A stretch of DNA of 64,000 bases from Minisyncoccia bacterium (GTDB taxonomy: Bacteria; Patescibacteriota; Minisyncoccia; Phycocordibacterales; UBA9973), in NCBI GenBank assembly GCA_049287045.1, contig JBAQFC010000010.1, positions 78,179-142,178 on the forward strand, in the 5' to 3' direction. Positions 26,834 to 34,987 of this stretch are shown piece after piece (positions within the stretch are counted from its first letter, which is position 1; each line of letters begins with the position of its first letter). The notes under the pieces are model-generated. The model ran no database searches. It saw only the letters and a program-made list of their open reading frames with translations, and was not told the DNA's origin. A program made the translations under genes and the position numbers.

Positions 26834-27329
26834 CAGCGGGATGTGGGAGTATTTAGAGTCCTTGGGTATCCTAGAAAAAGGAACTGAAGAGGAAATCAAT
26901 ATTGCTAAAAAAACATATCGTAAAAAATACTTATTGGAGTTCAAACAAAAGCAAAGAATTAAAAAGCCGGAATTCAATATCAACTTTTCAAAAGAAAATG
27001 GAGAGTTCGGCAAAGTTTCAAAAGAAGCAGAAAAACACCATTGTACCATTACAGCCTTTATTCATGATGCGACGCTTGCATATATCAACCAAAGTTATGT
27101 TGTTCCGAATACATTACAAATAGCTCAATTGGAACAAATTCTTTCCGATTGTTTAAATGAAATACAAACAATAGTTCGTTTCAAAGAAAAATACCATTGG
27201 GAGCGCGATCGAAAACTGGAAACCATTGAAAAAAGAATTGAGAAGTTAGAACAACAAATAAACGAGGTATTCCGGCATCCGACTTTGCTTTCAAGCACAT
27301 CGCATGATCATCAAAATCAAGTCACATAA
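26817..27329 (+). CDS. MobA-like mobilization accessory protein.
   Basis: Small charged protein between coupling protein and relaxase, overlapping both. Bacteroides mobA-like position. Confidence 0.45.
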   Translation: MSKKSNSGMWEYLESLGILEKGTEEEINIAKKTYRKKYLLEFKQKQRIKKPEFNINFSKENGEFGKVSKEAEKHHCTITAFIHDATLAYINQSYVVPNTLQIAQLEQILSDCLNEIQTIVRFKEKYHWERDRKLETIEKRIEKLEQQINEVFRHPTLLSSTSHDHQNQVT

Positions 27330-28161
27330 ACGACCATCATTTCAAACCCTTCTGAAATACATGATAAACGATAAAGATCGTTTATATGATAAAGAAGGAA
27401 GAAGTTTTGCCATTACATATAATTTAAAAGGAGACAGTATCACCGCATGGGTAAAGCAATTTCAAGCCAATGAACAAAAACGTCAGCGTAAACGAAGCGA
27501 TAGCGTACATCTCACTCATGAAATTATTTCTTTCCATAATGAAGATGCTAAAAATATTACTCTTGCAAAGATGGAAGCAATGGCAAGGGAATACATCAAA
27601 CTACGCAACCCCAAAGGTTTGTATGTTGCAGTGCCACATTTTGATAAAGAACATTACCATATTCATATTTGCGCATCAGGTGTGGATAAAACGGGAATGT
27701 CATTACGTCTTCCAAAGGTTAACCTTCTCAAATTAAAAAAAGATATTCAGCAATACCAAATTGAGAAATTTCCAGAACTCTCTAAATCTATTGTTAATCA
27801 TGGAAAGGTAAGAGATAAGAACCCAGAACCAAAAGAAGTTACAAGCGACAAAGAATTTCAATTCAAATTAAGAACCGGACGAGATTCAGAAAAAGAATTA
27901 CTTATTGGGATGCTTAAAACCTGCTACAAAATGGCTATTTCAAAAGAAGATTTTTTTCTAAAGTTGAAAGAGTCAGGATTGGAAACTTATGAAAGAAGCG
28001 AAAAAATAACAGGAATTAAAAAAGGGAATTTGAAATTTCGCTTCAATCGTTTGGGCTTTACAGAACAAAGAATAGAGGACTTAAACAAATTCAATGAAAG
28101 GGAAAAAGAATTAAACGAAAGAAGGGCAAGCAAGCAAAAAACAATTAATCATAATAGATAA
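27304..28161 (+). CDS. Relaxase/mobilization nuclease (MobB/BmgA-like).
   Basis: Histidine-triad motif 'HFDKEHYHIHI'. Operon context. Confidence 0.7.
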   Translation: MIIKIKSHKRPSFQTLLKYMINDKDRLYDKEGRSFAITYNLKGDSITAWVKQFQANEQKRQRKRSDSVHLTHEIISFHNEDAKNITLAKMEAMAREYIKLRNPKGLYVAVPHFDKEHYHIHICASGVDKTGMSLRLPKVNLLKLKKDIQQYQIEKFPELSKSIVNHGKVRDKNPEPKEVTSDKEFQFKLRTGRDSEKELLIGMLKTCYKMAISKEDFFLKLKESGLETYERSEKITGIKKGNLKFRFNRLGFTEQRIEDLNKFNEREKELNERRASKQKTINHNR

Positions 28162-28193
28162 AATTTAAAAGAAATTAAAATCAAAAAAACACA

Positions 28194-29165
28194 ATGAAAA
28201 ACACAAATCCCTCAAATAACAAAACCAACAATGTTTATGAAATAGTAAACAATCGTATTATCGAATATCTTGAAAAAGGCGTTGTGCCTTGGCAGCAGCC
28301 CTGGGCGAAAGCCGGACATCCAAAGAATCTGATTTCCGGTAGAAACTATCGCGGAATCAATGTTTGGCTTTTAAATTCATTGGGATATTCCCAAAATAAT
28401 TTTCTCAGCTTTAAACAGGTTAAGGAACTTGGAGGCTCGGTAAAAAAAGATGAACATGGGAACATTATTGTTTTCTGGAAATGGATAGAAAAAGAAAATA
28501 AAGAAACAAAGGAAAAAGAAAAAACTCCTCTGCTCAGGTATTACAGAGTTTTTAACGTTGAACAATGTATAGATATACCCAAAGAGAAACTTCCTCCTGT
28601 TGTAGAACTAAAAAATAACCCAATACAAACCTGTGAAGAGATTATTCATCAGATGCCTAAACATCCTGATATCAGGCATAACGAGAATAGAGCCTATTAT
28701 CACAAAGTGGATGATTATATTAATGTGCCCAAAATTGAAAGTTTTAAAGACAGTCAAAGTTATTACGGTACGCTCTTTCATGAAGTGGTACACAGCACAG
28801 GGCATAAAGAACGATTAGACAGAAGAGAAGTCACACAAAGTAATGCATTTGGCTCAAAAGATTATTCTGTTGAAGAGCTGACTGCTGAAATGGGTGCGTC
28901 CTATCTTAAATCCTATGCAGGTATTCCAATAGAGAAATTGGAGAACAATGCAGCCTATATTCAGCATTGGTTGGAGAAGCTTAAAAAAGACCAAAAATGT
29001 ATTGTCTATGCCAGCGCTCAGGCACAAAAAGCTACTGATTTTATTCTTAATATCAAAAATGAAGAAAAGGAAATTGAAGTGAAAGAGCCAGTTAAATCAA
29101 CTGAAAGAGAAAAAGAATTACAGGAAATGAGAGCAAAAGAAACAGGAATTAGTATTGAGCGTTAA
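28194..29165 (+). CDS. ArdC-like antirestriction protein: N-terminal ssDNA-binding domain plus C-terminal zincin-like metalloprotease.
   Basis: N-terminal 'VPWQQPW'. 'HEVVHSTGH' HExxH motif. Confidence 0.75.
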   Translation: MKNTNPSNNKTNNVYEIVNNRIIEYLEKGVVPWQQPWAKAGHPKNLISGRNYRGINVWLLNSLGYSQNNFLSFKQVKELGGSVKKDEHGNIIVFWKWIEKENKETKEKEKTPLLRYYRVFNVEQCIDIPKEKLPPVVELKNNPIQTCEEIIHQMPKHPDIRHNENRAYYHKVDDYINVPKIESFKDSQSYYGTLFHEVVHSTGHKERLDRREVTQSNAFGSKDYSVEELTAEMGASYLKSYAGIPIEKLENNAAYIQHWLEKLKKDQKCIVYASAQAQKATDFILNIKNEEKEIEVKEPVKSTEREKELQEMRAKETGISIER

Positions 29166-29176
29166 TGAAAAACAAA

Positions 29177-29521
29177 TCAGGCAACATTGGCAATACCAAA
29201 CCCTCGGGTCAACTTTTCATTATTAAGTCCGTACTTCATATTTAAGAAAATAAAAAAATCTTTAAGGATTTCTTTTAATGTTTCCTTTGTAATACTTTCT
29301 TTATTTTTTCGTGTATAAAAAGCATAAAATTTTGAATTTGCCATACTCACCGTAATTTGCTCAATTCCGGCGACAAGGTGATAATTATAAATATAGTTAA
29401 TGAATTCGTGAATTATAGAGCAATGTGATACTAAATTTTCATTGGATTTTACCAATAGGAGATACATTTGGTATTCATCCAAGTATTCGACCATTTTATT
29501 ATGAAATGCTCTATCGGTCAT
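29177..29521 (-). CDS. Hypothetical protein, downstream partner of the XRE regulator.
   Basis: ORF overlapping the HTH gene by 4 nt. Confidence 0.4.
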   Translation of the reverse strand: MTDRAFHNKMVEYLDEYQMYLLLVKSNENLVSHCSIIHEFINYIYNYHLVAGIEQITVSMANSKFYAFYTRKNKESITKETLKEILKDFFIFLNMKYGLNNEKLTRGFGIANVA

Positions 29522-29883
29522 TTTATTTTTTTCTTTTTCTTCTTTTCTTCTACAATATCAAATCCCTCTGAAAAGAATTCTTCAATGGTCAAATTAAAAC
29601 CAAATTTAATAATTCGAACCAAATTTGCAAAGGAAATGTTTCGTTCCTTTCGTTCGTAACCACGCATTAAGGAACGGGCAATTTCACTTTCAATTGCTAA
29701 TTTTTCCTGACTAATACCTCGCTCTTTCCGTAAACTAACAATTCTATCTGTAAGTTTCCCGAGGTATTTCTTTTCAATTTCTTTTAGCTCAGATTTCATG
29801 TAACAAATCTCCCAAAATTGACTATTTTTAATAACTCTATTAATAGACCCTCTATTAATAGAATTATTTTTGTATATTAGCAC
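29518..29883 (-). CDS. XRE-family HTH transcriptional regulator.
   Basis: 'LRKERGISQEKLAIESEIARSLMRGYERKERNISFANLVRI' is a typical Cro/C1-type HTH. Confidence 0.7.
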   Translation of the reverse strand: MLIYKNNSINRGSINRVIKNSQFWEICYMKSELKEIEKKYLGKLTDRIVSLRKERGISQEKLAIESEIARSLMRGYERKERNISFANLVRIIKFGFNLTIEEFFSEGFDIVEEKKKKKKIK

Positions 29884-29939
29884 CCTATTTTATAACAAAG
29901 CGACACTGAAAATTCATACAACTAAAAAAAATAAACAAA

Positions 29940-32768
29940 ATGAAAAAATCAATTCTTCGTCTAGCTACGATCCTTTTACTAACTGTAAACTGTTTGTTGC
30001 CCAACTTTTCTTTCGGACAATACACCAAGTTACACGATTTTAACGGTACAACTGGAAACCAACCTTTTGGCTCTCTTATCTCTGACGGAACATTTCTCTA
30101 TGGAATGACAGAATACGGCGGAACAAATAGTGCGGGAGCCATCTTTAAAATAAAGCCAAATGGAACAGGGTATTCAAAACTGCTCAATTTTTATAGCACA
30201 AATGGAAGTTATCCTTCGGGAGATCTTATTTCTGACGGAACATTTCTATTTGGAATGACGGAGTACGGTGGAGCGAATAATTTTGGAACCATTTTTAAAA
30301 TAATGCCTGATGGAAGTGGATATACTAATCTACTTGATTTTGATGGCACCACAAACGGGAAATATCCGACCAGTTCTCTTATTTCTGATGGAACCTTTCT
30401 ATATGGAATGACAGGAAAAGGCGGAATAAATGGCAAGGGAGTGGTATTTAAAATAAAACCTGACGGAACTGGGTATTCAAAACTGCTCGATTTTTCTGGT
30501 ACAGCGAATGGAAGTTCTCCTCTTGGCTCTCTAATTTCAGATGGAGTCTTTCTCTATGGAATGACACATGATGGCGGCTCTAGTGATTATGGAGTACTTT
30601 TTAAAATTGATTCCAATGGAACAGGATTTACTAAACTACTTGATTTCACAAACACAAATGGAATGTATCCATATGGTTCGCTTATCTCGGACGGTGTCTT
30701 TCTCTATGGAATGACTTCTGTTGGAGGTGCAAACAGCATGGGCGTGATATTTAAAATAAAGCTTGATGGAACAGGATATTCAAAACTATTTGATTTCTCC
30801 GGTGGTGCAAGTGGAAAAGTTCCAAATAGTTCCCTAATTTCTGATGGCACCTTTTTGTATGGAATGACACAATACGGTGGTACATCTGACAATGGTGTAA
30901 TTTTTAAAATAAAACAGGATGGAACCGGATTCTCAAAGCTACTTAATTTTGCAGGTGCTACAAACGGGCAGTATCCCACTGGCTCATTTGTTAAGAATGG
31001 AACCTTTCTATATGGAATGACAGGCCAGGGCGGTACAAACAATAAAGGAATAATATTTAAGTATAATCCATATTGTACAGCTATTATATTCAATCAAACA
31101 AATGTAATCGCAGGGGATAGCAGTTTAACCGTTGGCACACATACTTATACCACGAGTGGAACATATACCGATGTATTTAGAGCAGTCAGCACATGCGATA
31201 GCATAGTAACAACTATATTAAACGTATTAGCAACCACTCAATCAACTACTATCTGTTCTGGACAAAGCTTAACCATTGGAACTCACACTTACACAACAAG
31301 TGGAACGTATCACGATACTCTAACTTCTTTTGTATATGGTCTAGATAGCACAGTAACAACTCATTTAAGTGTACTGGCAATTACTCAATCGCGCACTATC
31401 TGCCCGGGACTTAACATAACTGTTGGAAACCATATTTACAACACAACTGGCACTTATCAAGATACTCTAACTTCTATAGTCTATGGCTGCGATAGCACAG
31501 TTACAACTCATTTAACTGTTTTATCTGATTCCGTTTCGTCTTCTTCACAAACAGTCACAATCTGTTCAGGTCAATCGCTAACTATAGGAACAGCAACTTA
31601 TACAACAACTGGCACTTATACTTACCATTTCACGGGCGGTGCTTGCGATAGTGCGGTAATAACTAATTTAACGGTATTGCCAGCCAATAACTCAATTCAA
31701 TGGCCTTCTATCTGCTATGGGCAAAGTGTGGCCGTAGGAAGCCATATATACGTCACGACCGGAACTTATTACGATACCTTAACATCCTTTTATGGCTGTG
31801 ATAGTTTAGTTACCACACATCTAACTGTATTATCCGGCTCAGTTGCATCTACCACACAAACCTTTGCCTTATGTGCAGGTGAATCTGTAACCGTTGGTAC
31901 AGCTACCTATTCAACAAGTGGTACTTTTACTTATCATTTTATTGGCGGTGGTTGTGACAGTGCGGTTATAACTCAATTAACGATATTTCCTGCGTCTAGT
32001 TCATTAACCCAAAATCCAACTGTTTGCTTCGGGCAAAGCTTAATTGTAGGAAATCATACTTACACCACAACTGGAACTTATCTGGATACTTTAACTTCCT
32101 TTCATGGTTGCGATAGTATCGTAGCCACTCATTTAACTGTTTTATCAGATTCCGTTTCTTCATCCTCTCAAACACTCACAATATGTTCGGGTCAATCAGT
32201 AAGCGTTGGAACAGCTACATACACAACAAGCGGAACATATACTTACCATTTTATAGGTGGAGGATGTGACAGTGTGGTTACTACATATTTAACGGTAAAT
32301 AATATATCTGTTTCAGTTTCAGGAGGAATATTCACTGCCAGTGCTTCACCTGCAACTTATCAATGGATAAGTTGTAGCAATGGAAATACACCACTTGAGC
32401 AACAATCCGGGCAAAGTTTTACAGCCAATACCAATGGTAACTATGCTGTTATTATAATTCAAAATGGTTTAGCTTGTACTTCAACCTGTCATAATATAAC
32501 TAATGTAGGTATTGCTGAAAATAGTTTAACAGCTGATGTAAATATTTATCCTAACCCCTTTACCTCTCAAACTACTATTGCATTTGCACAAGAGCAAAAA
32601 AACACATTTATAAAAATAATGGATGTGTTGGGTAAAGAAGTGAAAACGATAAACTTCTCCGGAAAGGAATTAATAATCGAAAAAGAGGGGATGCAGGAAG
32701 GAATTTATTTTCTGCAAATAATTGATGTAAATAAAAAAGTGCTGAATAAAAAAGTCATCATACAATAA
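29940..32768 (+). CDS. T9SS-secreted repeat protein: signal peptide, about 8 beta-propeller-like repeats of 47 aa, about 10 Cys-containing repeats of 45 aa, and a T9SS C-terminal sorting domain.
   Basis: Repeats 'GTGYSKLLDF..LISDGTFLYGMT..GG..G.IFKI.PDG'. Repeats 'C.GQS..VG..TYT.SGTY.DTLTS..GCDS.VTTHLTVL'. CTD 'NIYPNPFTSQTTIAF...GIYFLQI'. Confidence 0.8.
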   Translation: MKKSILRLATILLLTVNCLLPNFSFGQYTKLHDFNGTTGNQPFGSLISDGTFLYGMTEYGGTNSAGAIFKIKPNGTGYSKLLNFYSTNGSYPSGDLISDGTFLFGMTEYGGANNFGTIFKIMPDGSGYTNLLDFDGTTNGKYPTSSLISDGTFLYGMTGKGGINGKGVVFKIKPDGTGYSKLLDFSGTANGSSPLGSLISDGVFLYGMTHDGGSSDYGVLFKIDSNGTGFTKLLDFTNTNGMYPYGSLISDGVFLYGMTSVGGANSMGVIFKIKLDGTGYSKLFDFSGGASGKVPNSSLISDGTFLYGMTQYGGTSDNGVIFKIKQDGTGFSKLLNFAGATNGQYPTGSFVKNGTFLYGMTGQGGTNNKGIIFKYNPYCTAIIFNQTNVIAGDSSLTVGTHTYTTSGTYTDVFRAVSTCDSIVTTILNVLATTQSTTICSGQSLTIGTHTYTTSGTYHDTLTSFVYGLDSTVTTHLSVLAITQSRTICPGLNITVGNHIYNTTGTYQDTLTSIVYGCDSTVTTHLTVLSDSVSSSSQTVTICSGQSLTIGTATYTTTGTYTYHFTGGACDSAVITNLTVLPANNSIQWPSICYGQSVAVGSHIYVTTGTYYDTLTSFYGCDSLVTTHLTVLSGSVASTTQTFALCAGESVTVGTATYSTSGTFTYHFIGGGCDSAVITQLTIFPASSSLTQNPTVCFGQSLIVGNHTYTTTGTYLDTLTSFHGCDSIVATHLTVLSDSVSSSSQTLTICSGQSVSVGTATYTTSGTYTYHFIGGGCDSVVTTYLTVNNISVSVSGGIFTASASPATYQWISCSNGNTPLEQQSGQSFTANTNGNYAVIIIQNGLACTSTCHNITNVGIAENSLTADVNIYPNPFTSQTTIAFAQEQKNTFIKIMDVLGKEVKTINFSGKELIIEKEGMQEGIYFLQIIDVNKKVLNKKVIIQ

Positions 32769-32849
32769 CAGAAAATTTAAGTGGAGCCCAGATCCCACTT
32801 TAATAAACGGATTATAAACAAACAAATGTGGCATTTAAGCAAAAACAAA

Positions 32850-33590
32850 ATGAAAAAACAATTACTATTTTATGCAATTATTTTAATCACAATTATTAGT
32901 TCTTGTGGAATTAAAAGAGGCTATTTACAATTTAAATCAAAGAATGATGAATTAATAGCGACAGACAAGATTAAAGTTTTTATGAAAAAAAACCCCAACC
33001 CTTCCATTGTATTGCGTGTTCCGCAAGCTTCAAATGGAGCTACGCAGTCAGACCAAAACAGCTATGTGTATAGTGCAATAGAAAAAGAATTAGTTATTGC
33101 AGGATTCAAATTAAAAGATAGAGGGCTACTCAACCAAGTAGTAAATAGCCAAAGTGTTCTAGATTATCAAAAACTGAGTGAGTATACTGATTTAATTTTA
33201 GAATTAGTAAAAGTAGATACCAAAGTTCCTTTTAACACAAACGTAGCTTACACAAGAGATGGTACGGAAAGAGTATTGAAAAATATTAATTACACAAGAT
33301 CAGGTGCTTCAATAGAATTCAAAATAATTTTAGTAAAAAACAATGAATACGGTGGAAGTTATTCTTTTTTTTATGCACCGTGCCCTACATTAAACGACAA
33401 TTGCTATTGTAAAGTACCTTATAAATACGTTAAAAAGTTTTACCCTGATCGTGTTGTAAATTTTTGCGGAATTGATAAAAGAAAGGCAGCCAGAGATGAA
33501 CCAAGTGCTTATGAAACCGTGCCACAAGATGAATTTGAAATATTTGTAAGAAAAGGAGTTAAGAAAGTAATTGACTTAATAAAACAATAG
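32850..33590 (+). CDS. Lipoprotein. Start taken at the internal Met that yields a signal peptide.
   Basis: 'MKKQLLFYAIILITIISSCG' has a lipobox. The track ORF begins earlier at 32781. Confidence 0.5.
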   Translation: MKKQLLFYAIILITIISSCGIKRGYLQFKSKNDELIATDKIKVFMKKNPNPSIVLRVPQASNGATQSDQNSYVYSAIEKELVIAGFKLKDRGLLNQVVNSQSVLDYQKLSEYTDLILELVKVDTKVPFNTNVAYTRDGTERVLKNINYTRSGASIEFKIILVKNNEYGGSYSFFYAPCPTLNDNCYCKVPYKYVKKFYPDRVVNFCGIDKRKAARDEPSAYETVPQDEFEIFVRKGVKKVIDLIKQ

Positions 33591-33786
33591 ATAGTAGAAG
33601 AAAAAATATATCAATCTGAAATCAGTAGTTCACAAATAGAAATAGATTTATCGGCACAACCCAAAGGAGTTTATTTTATGGAAGTAACGACAAGTTAAAA
33701 GAATTATAACAAAGAATTTCTTACTGAATAAGCTCACGCACACTTTCTGGCACATTTGAAATTGGAAAGCAATAATAATAACGGAA

Positions 33787-34890
33787 ATGAAAAAAATAAA
33801 TAGAATTCTGAAAATAACTGCCTTTATACTTACAGTTAGTATATTCTCAAATTGCAATCAAATTACTATGACTAATCAAGAAGCGCAAGCTCTTATTGTA
33901 AACACCTTAAGTCTTCCACAAGGGTATAGAGAAGATATCGAAGGAAATAGTGGTGACCCTTTATTTAAAGGAGCAAGATGCGAAAAACTGCGTGCAGAAG
34001 GTTTTATTGTAATGCATGGGAGCTATATAGGCGGGTACAAGATAAATATAACAGATAAAGGCAAACCCTTTTTTTTAGGTAAAGGTGGGAAAGATATGTA
34101 TAGTGAGGATATACTTAAGTTTAAAACATATGATATTGATTTTGATAAAATCACAGGAATTTCAATTAATAAAGAACAACAAACGGCAACTATAAGGTTT
34201 TCTTTAAAAGCGATTCATATTACTCCTATAGGAAGGGCTATGCGCAATGATTTAGATAATCTTTTTAACGGGGAGTTAAATTTCAAAAAATTTGATAATG
34301 GTTGGCAATTAGAGTATGACCAAAATAAGTCAGCTACAGAATTAGTTAGTCAAATTACAAAGGAGGGACAAGGTGTGACTAATCAAAACGTGCCAGAGGA
34401 AAGAGAAAAATTAGCAAATGGAATTGAGAAACAAGTAAATGATCAATCCTTAGCCAAAAGGCACAAAATGGCAGAAGATGAAGCAAAAAGAAAAATGGAT
34501 TCTTTATTTTATGTAGCAAGTCAAAGTATGACCACTGTTGTCGATCAAGTTGATAATGCACATGCCTCAAACGAAACAAATTTCAATAACATTCAATCTT
34601 TCTTTAGTTTTTTTAAACAAGCGGTAGCGGATAATGATAAAGAAAAATTATATAAATATTTAGACCATTCTTCATCTTGGACTAAAAGTAAATTTATAAA
34701 AGAATACCAATTTTCGAGTTTTGTAAGAAAATTAATAATAGGGACTTCATTACCGGTATACTCTAATGAAAATCAATCTTATTCGATTCAAGGTAATGAC
34801 AACGAAACAGGTGAAGCGATGCTTTTTTCAATTGTTTTCAAGAAAGGAGAAAAGGTTGATTGGACTTGGGATATGATTTATTTCGACTAA
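33787..34890 (+). CDS. Lipoprotein, function unknown.
   Basis: 'MKKINRILKITAFILTVSIFSNC' has a lipobox. Confidence 0.5.
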   Translation: MKKINRILKITAFILTVSIFSNCNQITMTNQEAQALIVNTLSLPQGYREDIEGNSGDPLFKGARCEKLRAEGFIVMHGSYIGGYKINITDKGKPFFLGKGGKDMYSEDILKFKTYDIDFDKITGISINKEQQTATIRFSLKAIHITPIGRAMRNDLDNLFNGELNFKKFDNGWQLEYDQNKSATELVSQITKEGQGVTNQNVPEEREKLANGIEKQVNDQSLAKRHKMAEDEAKRKMDSLFYVASQSMTTVVDQVDNAHASNETNFNNIQSFFSFFKQAVADNDKEKLYKYLDHSSSWTKSKFIKEYQFSSFVRKLIIGTSLPVYSNENQSYSIQGNDNETGEAMLFSIVFKKGEKVDWTWDMIYFD

Positions 34891-34987
34891 GAATAATAAA
34901 TAATTATTTTAAGAATAAAGCAAAACAAAACTTTAGAATAGTCTTTTTTACACACCAGAAAAAAATAATTAAATAAACAAAAACAAC

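Larger units (their letters stand above)
18083..29883. mobile_element. Integrative mobilizable element (Bacteroides NBU-like) with int, xis-like, mobA/mobB/mobC-like, ardC-like and XRE genes. Boundaries are approximate.
   Basis: Left end has tRNA-like fragment, repeats and terminator. Gene content is typical of tyrosine-integrase mobilizable elements. Right end placed at the XRE gene before the T9SS genes. No direct-repeat att pair was verified. Confidence 0.5.

Noticed and set aside
30209-31093. Minus-strand ORFs 30209-30436 and 30704-31093 inside the first T9SS gene.
   Set aside because: They are shadows of the tandem repeats (their translations are themselves repetitive, 'PSEIRELVG...'). 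The plus-strand gene has signal peptide, repeats and CTD.
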